DNA of 62,401 bases, filler included, from Sphacelaria rigidula (lineage: Eukaryota): NCBI GenBank assembly GCA_964200075.2. It is 10 parts of 10 records of this genome, joined end to end, with 100 filler letters (N's around TTAATTAATTAA, not from the genome) between each part and the next. Parts side by side here need not be neighbours in the genome. Positions count along the whole stretch, not along the records: positions 25,005 to 31,154 come from CAXNAA020021922.1; positions 31,255 to 37,404 come from CAXNAA020021923.1; 8 more parts are not named here. One strand, written 5' to 3'. Shown piece after piece: positions 25,737-35,915 of this stretch. Under the pieces are notes generated by a model, which did no database searches, was not told where the DNA came from, and worked only from the letters and a program-made list of their open reading frames with translations. Made by a program: the position numbers and the translations under genes. Position 1 is the stretch's first letter; the number at the start of each line of letters is the position of its first letter.

Positions 25737-26499
25737 CCTGAAACCTACAAATTTGCGTCTGGGCTGGACCAGCTCGTACGCCGTAACCGTGTCATCGAAG
25801 CGAGATATCCCAAGCCTCAACTTATGTTTTTCGCGAACCTATACGAAGATTCGCTGAAGATAATGTTAAGATGTAATGTACATCCCCTGCAGTATCGTCT
25901 TCAACAGGGGGAAAATGATGAGATCTGTTTAGCTACGTAGTTGTACAAGCACGAGTGTCAAGATGATTTTTGCAGTCTAAAGGAAGGGGGGCGGGATACT
26001 CGCGTTCTTCATGCCGTGGCCGCTAGCCTTTCAACGGCATGTCCTCGAGAGGATGGGTACATTTTCACGGTGAGCGGAGGCGATCCTGTACTACTCAGGC
26101 TGTATTTCTTTCGGTTAGGTAAGAAAAAGGGCCCAAGAAGCTGAGCTGAAGTATTGGCCCAATTCTAGTCTTCAACTGCTGTGTTTATCTTCGAGCGAGG
26201 ATATGAAACGAGCTTGTAGCCTGATCGAAAATCATGTTTCTTACAAGCGGCCAGGTACTGTACTCCGCGGAAACCAGGCATGAGACGATATCTGATTATT
26301 CATATGGCTACGGGCCGTTACACAAACACGAACATTCAACACACATGATATCAGAAACGAGAAATAACCACCTGGCGAGGTAATAGGCAACGCTTGATAG
26401 AGGATGGAGTACAACACCGGTATGAACATCCGAATGTCTCGATAGGCAATCTCACGTGGATACAAACACGTTTAAGCACAGCAACAAGCTTCGACTTAC

Positions 26500-27092
26500 C
26501 ACGTATGACAGAAACTGTGCAGACACGACGTCAGAGTGACAGGGTCCTCGAACCTTCCCAAGCAAATCGGACAAACGCGGTCGACCTCTCTCCCACTTGC
26601 CACTCCAGTACCACCCAAACCCATCCGATCTTCCGCCGACCCTCCCGTAACCGCTTCGTCATGCCTACTATCCCGCGCGTCGCCTATTCCCGTGCCACCG
26701 TCACGTGTGTCGCCAAACAGCTCGCTTTTGACCAAGCTACTGCCTGTGACAAACTCTTGCGGACGCGGTTGGTGTTCAAGCCGAAACCTTCCCCTCGACG
26801 ATGAATCCCACGCTCTGCCGCTACCGCTATTTGTTGCTGAACTTCTGGTTGACGCTTGATGCTGTGGATAATAACAACGCTCAATAAGCGATTGGTTACG
26901 TCGTTCCTCATGCGCGTTTGCCGCGGATGGTGGTGTCGAGGCGGCTTGAAAAAACACCGGGTGCGCCACGCACTCAAATCCGCTCGGCACGAAGATTTGA
27001 CGAGCGCCAGCAGCATCCGAACCACGGTCACACGGAGAGAGTACTGGGTTGTTGGACGAGGTCTGCTGCTCTGCTACATGGGATGTCGCCAT
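26500..27092 (-). CDS. RING-finger (C3HC4-type) protein, probable first coding exon
   Basis: Long open frame from an ATG (MATSHVAEQQ...) to CPICLGRFEDPVTLTSCLHSFCHT, ending at a phase-2 TG|GTAAGT donor that supplies the next Cys. Downstream exons were not resolved with confidence. Confidence 0.75.
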
Positions 27093-27349
27093 TTCGGAAT
27101 AAAGTGGAGTTCTTGTTGACACCACGACCTGAGTTGGTGTGCCGAAGGCATAGGATAAGAACATGATCACACAACAGTGCGTGGTGCGAACAGGGCAAGA
27201 GCAAAACTGTGATACATGGCACCGACGTCACGTGGTAGCACACCTTTGACGCAGGCTCGTGGATTACTGTCAGGCTCTCATATGAGTATAGTAGTTACCG
27301 GCTGAGAAGGGCGAACTTTGTTATTTTGTTTTAGTTGCCGCTTTTCAAA

Positions 27350-27760
27350 AGTCTCGGAATTGTGTCCTCAGCACGACCTGCTTCTATTCCTCGATGTATA
27401 TCGACTTTTGCACTTTCGATTGCTGAGGGAGAATATTATGCGAGAAAACTCGGAAAAATACCCCACTAGAGGAATTGCCTACATGATTCGTGTATGGTAC
27501 AGAGGGATGAACCAATCCCGATGGTTGTCATGAATAAATTGCCAGATCCATATTTTTGACTTTCGATCTTCTCATGCAAGGACCGAAAAAAATGTGTTAT
27601 GGGGAAAAAACGGTTAATAACACCCTCAGTCAATGTTCATAGTTGGGTGTGATATTTTAATATTGTCGCATAGTCAACTTCCTCAAGCACTCGAAAGTGC
27701 TACAGCCGATCAATATTGGGGAAACAAGTAGGTCGTGTTTCGGACACAATCTCCAAGTCA
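27350..27760. mobile_element. Old MITE-like inverted repeat
   Basis: aattgtgtcctcagcacgacctgcttctattcctc...gcactttcgattgctgaggg pairs with cctcaagcactcgaaagtgc...ggggaaacaagtaggtcgtgtttcggacacaat. Confidence 0.5.
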
Positions 27761-29613
27761 GTGCCATCGGGGTGATACGGAGGAAGACCTCGTTTATCAG
27801 GGGGTGCAACTTACCATCACAAGTCCAAAATACACTGTTTTTCTTGTCCCTAGCGCAACGAATACGTGAAATTTAGAAAAAGGTTCGGTCCTGTGTTCGG
27901 GAAGAATCGATGTTTCGTGCAGAAGCAGGTAGAATTTTCGCAGATGTTTATGGCGGTTGAAGTTTCTATAAGCAATTTCAGAACACATTGACCTGCATGC
28001 ACGATTGCCTGTGTGATGAGCCGGGTGGAATGGTTCAGTGTGGTAAAAACAGCAAGGTACAAGGGCAAGCGCATCTGCGGTTGAGTGAAAATGACGGTGT
28101 GAGGATGAAGTTCGACGTTTGCGAGATCCGGGAGACGGGTATGGCGCGACTATCAGCTGGTGACAGCATTTCGAAACGTTGCCGTCTACTGTAATTGTTT
28201 ACATACATTTGTTCACGAGAACGATCGGGGTTACTTCGATCCCGCAAAAATATCGAAGAGTCAGATCCTGAGGCTGTGTAGTTGCAGGACTCCCGAGGAT
28301 CGGTCAGAGGCCGGAAACCATCCAATATTGAGCAATTATATATATATATATATATAGATATATATTCGGAATGTGGGGGGAATGCTAGTATCACCTGATC
28401 CTTAATCACGGGGTAGCTACGACAGTGCTGTTCCTCATCAATTATATGGAGGCGGTATTTCGGAGGATCAGGTGCCCAAACACAGCACACCCGGCGTCTC
28501 ATGATGCTGAAACGTATGTCGGCTTGAAGCCGCAGGTAGGTGTTGACGTAGCAGCTTCGGCGACCCAAGGTGTTTTGTGCGCTGCGTGGCTGGCAAGGAT
28601 GATTATACAAGATGCTGCGGTGATTCAGAAAATTATTTCACTTTCTTGTAATAATTTGACAGGAAAACGATATGAAATCCGGGCGGAGGCAGCGGCAAAT
28701 CTTGCCCGCCGTGCTCAAGTCGGCCGCCTGTCGGTCGAGGCTCGTATCAAGACGGGAAATAAACAGTCAAGACTCTCCATTTTTTAGAGGGAGGTGCCTT
28801 TGGCTTTTAAACGCCGTGTCGAGCGAGACACGGGCGTATAGCCGAGCCGAACAAAGCAGTGTCTCGTGCCAAGGACCGCTGTGAAACTGTTCGGGGAGGG
28901 GGCAATGTCTTATTCCAGACAATGCCAGACACAGCGGGCCGGACACAGCGGGCCGGGCACCACGACAGGTTTACGAGGACAACGGCAGTTGCTGTAGTAC
29001 TCCTCTAGCAGAATGAACAGTAAATTCGTGTCGCAGACGCTCCCACGTAAATATCTTGGCTTTCTCCGACAGCAGTCTCATTTCCCTTTTGCGGAGTTTT
29101 TTTTTTCACGTTTCACTCGGTTCCAGAATAGGACAGAGTGGAAGTTACAGTCTCCAATTTTCACGCTTGGCTCGCGGGTATTCCAGCCCTCCCCAGGCGT
29201 GGTTCGCATCGTACAGTGAGTACTCCAGTGCAGTATTCACTGTACTGCCGGCTAGGAGCACACAGTGTCAGCTTCGTCGTGTATTACCGGGCTGCGGTAC
29301 ATTTTGTGTATCAGGTGCTCCCCCCGCAAGGACATGCATCCTTTCACATCCAGCTGACTCAGCCTGTGAGGAGGTCTATAGCACCACCTTGCCGTGCTGA
29401 TGTGGACCTCTCTGTTCCAAGGACGTCTGCCCCCCTTAGTCTCGGCATCTTTCAGGCCTTGGAGCATGACCGCCTCCAATGGACGCAGCGGATGATGACT
29501 TATAACGGCAGAAAAATACCTGTATAATATTGACAAGGAACAACGCTGAGGAGTCGTACTGTATAGAGTATCGCCTCACATTTGGGCAGGCTGAAGAGCC
29601 AGCGGGACAGTTT

Positions 29614-31148
29614 CAAGGGTAGGTCGAGTAGAGTATACTCAATACTCTGTAATTTTGAGGAGTCATACTTTTAGCACTCGAAGCTTGAGTAGAGTATTTG
29701 AGGTCGTACTCAACCTACTAAAATATTCGAGTAGAGTATTTGAGATCATACTCAGTCTACTCAAATTTGAGTAGAGTATTGAGGTCATACTCAAGTGATA
29801 CTCTATAATCGAGTTTTCCTGACAGTGCGTAATCAATGTTTGGGTAAAGTATTGGAACCCGTACTCAACGTACTCGAAATTGTAGTAGAGTATTTGAGAC
29901 CATACTCAACCTACTCAAATTTTGAGTAGAGTATTGAGGTCATACTTAAGCGATACTCTATACTCAAAAATTACTGAGAGTGCTTACTCAATATTTGAGT
30001 AGAGTATTTGAGGTCGTACTCGACCTACTCAAAAGTTGAGCAGAGTATTGGAGGCCATACTCGACCCACTCAAAATTTGAGTAGAGTATTTGAGGCCGTA
30101 CTCGGTCTACTCAAAATTTGAGTAGAGTATTTGAGGCCGCACTCGACCAACTCGAAATTTGAGTGGGAGTATCTGAGGCCGGATCCGACGTGCCGAAAAC
30201 CTATAACTTCAACTTCAATATTCAAGTTCGTACGCAAGATATTTGAACTCGGGTGGAGGAAATACCGAGGTATTCCCAGAGTTGCCCACCCATGATGGGT
30301 GTTGATTCAAGGTCAAACTGTCTTGTCAAACCGTAGCCAGTGGAGTCGCTCATTCTGATAATACCTACTCGACTACTCGTCTACTCGATTACTCGATGCT
30401 GATCGAGTAGCGCTCTGTACTGAAAGTGATATCGAAAGCGTTGCGAGGTATCGAGTATAAACTGCCGTGGGTGGGGGCTGGTGAGGGGGCGCTGGGGCAA
30501 GTAGGTTCGTTCACCTGCACGCTTCTTGATTTTTTTATGGCCATCATTCGCTCATACTCCTTGTTGGCTGTGATGTAACGCCGCCCATCTAATTGATGGC
30601 CATCGGTCGCCCATGCATCCAACATAGTCTGTGAACTGACGTCACGTAGTCACCGACTGTCAGGGGTACTCACCATACCCAAGGGGTACTCTATACCCAA
30701 GTATTACTGAGAGTACTTACTCAATATTTGAGTAAAGTATTTAAGGTTGTACTCAACCTACTCAAAATTTGAGTAGAGTATTTGAGACTGTACTCAACGT
30801 ACTCGAAATTTGAGTAAAGTATTTGAGGCCGTACTCAACCTACTCAAAATTCAAGTAGAGTATTGAGGTCATACTCAAGTGATACTCTATACTCGAGTAT
30901 TACCGAGAGTACTTACTCAAAAATTGAGAAGAGTATTTGAGGTCATACTCAACCTACTCAAAATTTGAGTAGAGTATTGAGGTCATACTCAAGTGATACT
31001 CTTTGCTCAAGTTTTACTGAGAGTGCTTACTCAAGATTTGAGTAGAGTATTGAGGTCGTACTCGACCTACTCAAACGTGGAGTAGAGTAAATACTTGAGT
31101 ATTTTACTCGAGTACTCAAAAGTACGTACTCTACTCGACCTACCCTTG
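29614..31148. mobile_element. Non-autonomous hAT-like DNA transposon with arrays of ~41-bp palindromic subterminal repeats
   Basis: Perfect 22-bp TIRs CAAGGGTAGGTCGAGTAGAGTA / TACTCTACTCGACCTACCCTTG. The left flank is GACAGTTT (29606-29613) and the right flank is GACAGT, cut by the contig end, consistent with an 8-bp TSD. Confidence 0.85.
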
Positions 31149-31254
31149 GACAGTNNNNNNNNNNNNNNNNNNNNNNNNNNNNNNNNNNNNNNNNNNNNTT
31201 AATTAATTAANNNNNNNNNNNNNNNNNNNNNNNNNNNNNNNNNNNNNNNNNNNN

Positions 31255-33145
31255 CTGATCACGGCCACCGCAGGAATCACCTCCGCCGGCGACATCACCA
31301 CCACCAGCTCCGGAAACCTACTGGTAGACGGAACCACCACGTCTACTGGCCTGCTCACAGCCTCGAACAACCTGCAGGTCGATGGAACCACCACGTCGAC
31401 TGGTCTGCTCACAGCCTCCGACAACCTGCAGGTCGCTGGGACGACCACGTCTACTGGCTTGATCACGGCCACCGCAGGAATCACCTCCGCCGGCGACATC
31501 ACCATCACCAGCTCCGGCAACCTACTGGTAGACGGAACCACCACCTCTACTGGCCTGCTCACCGCCTCAGACAACCTGCAGGTCGATGGAACCACAACCT
31601 CTACTGGTCTGCTCACCGCCTCAAACAACCTGCAGGTCGATGGGACCACCACGTCGACTGGTCTGCTCACCGCCTCCGACAACCTGCAGGTCGATGGGAC
31701 CACCACGTCGACTGGCCTGATCACGGCCACCGCAGGAATCACCTCCGCCGGCGACATCACCACCACCAGCTCCGGCAACCTACTGGTAGATGGCACCATC
31801 ACGTCGACTGGCCTGCTTACCGCCTCAGGCAACCTGCAGGTCGATGGAACCACAACGTCGACTGGCCTGATCACGGCCACCGCAGGAATTACCTCCGCCG
31901 GCGACATCACCACCACCAGCTCCGGCAACCTACTGGTAGATGGCACCACCACATCCACCGGCCTTCTTACCGCCAATGCCGCATTTTATATCACCGGTGA
32001 CAGCGACATAGTGGGTAATCTAGATGTGACGGGGTCAGTCACCGCTAGTTCTCACGTTAGGAGATCTGACCGGCGGCTGAAAGAAAACATTGCGCAACTT
32101 TCAAGCCCTCTCGAAAGTCTTCACAAAATCCGCGGGGTAAGTCGTTCGACTTGTATTGTACAGGCAGTCCATTGCGAGCGCACAGGATGCGGCAACGCGT
32201 TGCATGCCTTGATTTGAGTGTCCGACCTTGGTAATCTTCATTTTCAGGTCTTCCCCAGTTTAGCGGAGAAGTCTGCACTGCTTGTAGCGGAGGTCTTCCC
32301 CGGGTGGCCGCCGTCATAAAACAATGTTTTAGTTATCTTAAAGTCAAAAGCTATAGGGTGAACCTACAATTAAGTCGTCAAACCTTCGATGTGAAGGTTC
32401 AGATTGAAGGCCCAACTTGAATCTTTCAGCTCGAAGCGGCTCGACTTTAAGCTTCCTCTGGTGCATGCGTTCGATTCCAAGATTTGAGTGAAAAGCTGGA
32501 TTGCAAACCTTTCACGACTGTTCATTGAAGGTTGAAGTTGATACCTTTCCATTACACCTGAAGGTTTGATATTGATGGAAGGGGGAGCTTGAACCTTAAA
32601 TTTGAACGAGAAGTCTACCTTGATGTGGAAGTCGAAGAAACAAGTGAAAGCTTCATTAACTTCAAGTTGAACGTTCAACTTGAATGCACGACGATGAGGT
32701 CAGCTTTGAGCCTGCGTCCTATGTTGAACCTTCAGCTCAACTGGAACCTTCAAGTTGAAGCTTCTGTTTCAACTCTACAGTAGAGTTGGAGCTTTATCTC
32801 CAGCTTGAACGTTCAACATCTGACACGAACTTTTCACGGCTACACCCAACCTTCAACCAACTGAACCTTCATGATAGTTAATGCCGAACTTTGAAAACAG
32901 CTTGCTTCATAGCGAGTACAGATCTGAACAGACTAGATGATGCTTCACCCCATTTTTTCTGCAGCTTCTGCGAGTGGCAATGGGTCATCTCGACTAACCC
33001 CTGAGAATTCTTACACCTGGCACCCTCAGGTAAGCTTCGAGTGGCAGCAGGATGTACGGGAGGTTAACGAGAAGCTATTCCGAGGAAGAAACATCGGGTT
33101 CATTGCCCAGGAAATTGAAGAGGTCTTTCCGGAGGTCGTGCACAG
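31255..33145 (+). CDS. Tail-fibre/tailspike-like repeat protein with C-terminal Peptidase S74 intramolecular chaperone domain (spliced; partial at both ends)
   Basis: Exon <31255-32136 holds NL(L/Q)VDGTTTSTGLLTAS(D/N/G) and ...GLITATAGITSAGDITTTSSG repeats, then GNLDVTGSVTASSHVRR-SDRRLKENIAQLSSPLESLHKIRG. A GT-AG intron follows at 32137-33029. Exon 33030-33145 reads VSFEWQQDVREVNEKLFRGRNIGFIAQEIEEVFPEVVH. SDxRLKxNI and GFIAQE are the S74 hallmarks. Confidence 0.9.
32355..32870. repeat. Degenerate TTCAAGTTGAA-type short palindromic repeat region inside the S74 intron (probable TE remnant)
   Basis: Many variants of aac(c/t)ttcaagttgaa and ttgaacgttcaa. A similar motif occurs near 30205-30250. 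Confidence 0.45.
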
Positions 33146-34797
33146 GTGGGAACACACGTCCTACTATTGGGTACAAAAGGGGCCTGCGGATGTCACGTTT
33201 TGGTATTTCTTGTTTGCTGCGTTCTTATCCATTTCTTCTTTCTCTCAAACGGAAACTCGTAACTTGTCTCTGAATTCGTTGTCGGCCATAGGTGCACCTG
33301 GGAGCATTATCAGTCGAGATTAGACCCAACGCTTCTCACAATCTCCTTAATATTCCCTTGAATCTGAGCCCAGGTTTTACGCCCTATTTCTGAGTTTAAC
33401 GTAAGACGGACTATTTTCCACAATTACCCCCCCCCCCGTAGTTTTAGTTTGACGCTCCGCCTTGCTCGGAAAGACGTCCGCAGTCTCGAAAGATGACTCA
33501 TCTCTCTCCTGGTATTTTAATCCTTTGACCGCGACAGTAGGTCACCTGCTGAATCGGCATCAACATTCACGAGAAAAAAGCATGCGTGGTCCGGATGGAC
33601 TACCCGCATCGCGGTCACGGATTGAAAATACACTAGTAAGATTCAGCTTCCAGAATTCACGGGTGACCTGCAAGTACTACCTGAGGTTGCTTGCAGCGAC
33701 CTTTCACTCATCGTCTCCTCATGTCGCTGGTTTTATACTTGTATGTCTGTGCATAACTTCAGTCCGGGGTACAGGTTGGTAGTATCGCGTGATGAGAAGA
33801 ATTTCCCGGAATGGTTGGAATGAGAAATGTTATCGTAACATATTTTCCGTACCCTATATATATATGGGCGGATGCATACAGCATATCGATTGTTTATCTA
33901 GCACTGTGTTACCGAACGTTCGGTCTGGACTTTCTCAGTTCGTTTACTCTTTTTATCGATTTTTTGGACAGTCATGTCTTTGTATACCTCCAGATGGTAA
34001 CTGTATGGTACTAGTTTTCATTTCTTCAAACATTCCTTCAGATCCACGTCCGAAACATTCCTTCAAATCGACATCCGCACGCCACGAACGACAGGAAAGG
34101 GAAAAGTTATGTTGTCGGGAGTTCATCCCGCGACGTACTCCACCCCCCAACTAGTGCTGAGGGGCCAGTTTCACCGCCGGGGCTCGCACTCTGAACTATG
34201 AAAAGTGCAACACTGAGTGCGGCTGGCCGTCATCACTGGAAAATAAGCTTTGAGCGTGACTGAGACTGATACCGCGATAGCCCCCCCTCCGGGAAAGTGG
34301 CTGGTTTGAGGGGGGCAAAATCTACTTGTAAACGACGATGACAAAAGCTGAGCACGCCGAGCAGTTGGAACTCCCACGCTTGGGATCGTTTTTGCTATTT
34401 TTGTGTTTTCGTCGCCAGAGGACAGGAAGGTACCTTTCACCATGCACTTCGCTACTTCTAGTTTCGTGCAGCGCTTCCCCATCCGTCAGGCATGTCCAAC
34501 CCAGAGGGCAGACATGTCCAGCGAATGTATGGGTAGGCACCAAGGTGGGAGTGCCCCCCCCACCCAGGTAGTCTCGGACTTGGGACGAGGATATCCCTCA
34601 CCGAGCAAACCTCCTACAATGTCCCCCAGCTCGACTCTGTACACGAATCACCCTGCCCATCCGGGCGTCGGTCCTCAATCGTTTTTGCTAATATCGCCCG
34701 TATGAGGCGCTTCATGCAGTCTGAAACCAGCTATCATGCGGTGTATGTCTTTTTTTTTTCGCGCCAGTTCTGCGGCCGGTTGGGGGGGGAAGGTCGT

Positions 34798-35830
34798 ACT
34801 CATTTGTTGATTGCCTTAGTTGTTTAACCATTGACCACGCATCCCTTTCGAGGCGGAGCACCGTTCCTACTCCGTATGGAGACACCTCCAACATTCGGGC
34901 GTTCGTTACGTTTCTTCCAAACATTACACAAAAACCTTTTACATATCTTATCCCCGTCCTGTTTCGTCGTCTGTGGTCACCATCTATCTCCTAGTATAGC
35001 CATCGTTTTCTCGCTACTGTCTGATACATTCAACGATCTCATGCCACCGCCGTTTATTTCCCGCATTTCCTCATCTAGAACGTCCCGTTCTTGTAGCTAG
35101 TATTATTGTTATTGTTATTTCCGCACATTAGTCCGGTTTCCCGAACCTGTAGTCACATGTGTAGGCTCGTCTTTCCAATACCGTCCCTGCTATTCCTTTC
35201 AAGACATAAAGTCCTCCATCATTTTATTTATAGACTCCAGACTGATTACAAGAACAAACTGTGTAGTTCCACATTATGCCACTACATGAGTACTACTCTC
35301 TACTGCTATACCACAGGGGCAATTCTGTGCATCTACTTCCTCTTCCTCTCGACTACTGGTATACCTCTTCTTTCTGGCGGGTCCACGCCCCCCACCCAAA
35401 ATCGTAGTTTTAGTTTCATTCGCGGAGTCCGTTGGGCCGTGTAGATATACCTTTATTCCTATCCCCTCTATCAACCCCCGTATATCCAGGCGCTCTTCCT
35501 CGTCTACTTTCCGCCTTAGCGCTTCTTTATCCCTTATTTCCATCGTTTCTCTCATGTTCGTCTTGTACCCTCCGTATTCACCTACGGACACTATCTCGCC
35601 TTGGTGTCCTGTTATGCCGTTCCATAATTTCTCGACTACGCTATCTCATCCTATTCCAGCCCGCCGTTTCACCACTTTCTTCCATACAGCCCCACCAGCT
35701 ATGGTTGGCAATCTCTTTCCGTGCATTTTCCTCACGCTATCTCGTCATTTCAATTTTCTCGTGTCTCTATTTGTTTATACGGATACATTCCAACTCTGCT
35801 CTTAACGATGTATTACTCGTCATGGTATTT
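34798..35830 (-). mobile_element. Decayed 3' end of a non-LTR retrotransposon (LINE ORF2 C-terminus)
   Basis: Interrupted frames read KEALRRKVDEEERL...YLHGPTD...RYTSSREEEEVDAQNCPCGIAVESSTHVV (Cys/His knuckle) and ...ERDVLDEEMRE...SSEKTMAILGDRWWPQ...KRFLCNVWKKRNERPNVGGVSIRSRNGAPPRKGCVVNG. The last ~60 nt recur as solo copies elsewhere in the window. Confidence 0.7.
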
Positions 35831-35851
35831 GGTAAGGGGGAGGGGGAGGGC

Positions 35852-35915
35852 GTACTGATTTGTTGCTTGCCTCAGTCGTTTGACCATTGACCACGTATCC
35901 CTTTCGAGATGGTGC
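35852..35915 (-). mobile_element. Short 5'-truncated copy of the same LINE 3' terminus
   Basis: gtactgatttgttgcttgcctcagtcgtttgaccattgaccacgtatccctttcgagatggtgc. Related copies lie at ~48640-48708 (+), ~60522-60657 (two) and ~62360-62401. Confidence 0.7.

Noticed and set aside
29614..31148. CRISPR-like array of palindromic repeats
   Set aside because: The units are directly tandem with no unique spacers, are bounded by TIRs and a TSD, and there are no cas genes. The context is eukaryotic.
31203..31976. 257-aa minus-strand ORF (VSRPVDVVVPST repeats)
   Set aside because: It is the antisense shadow of the repeat exon. The + frame continues into the S74 domain.
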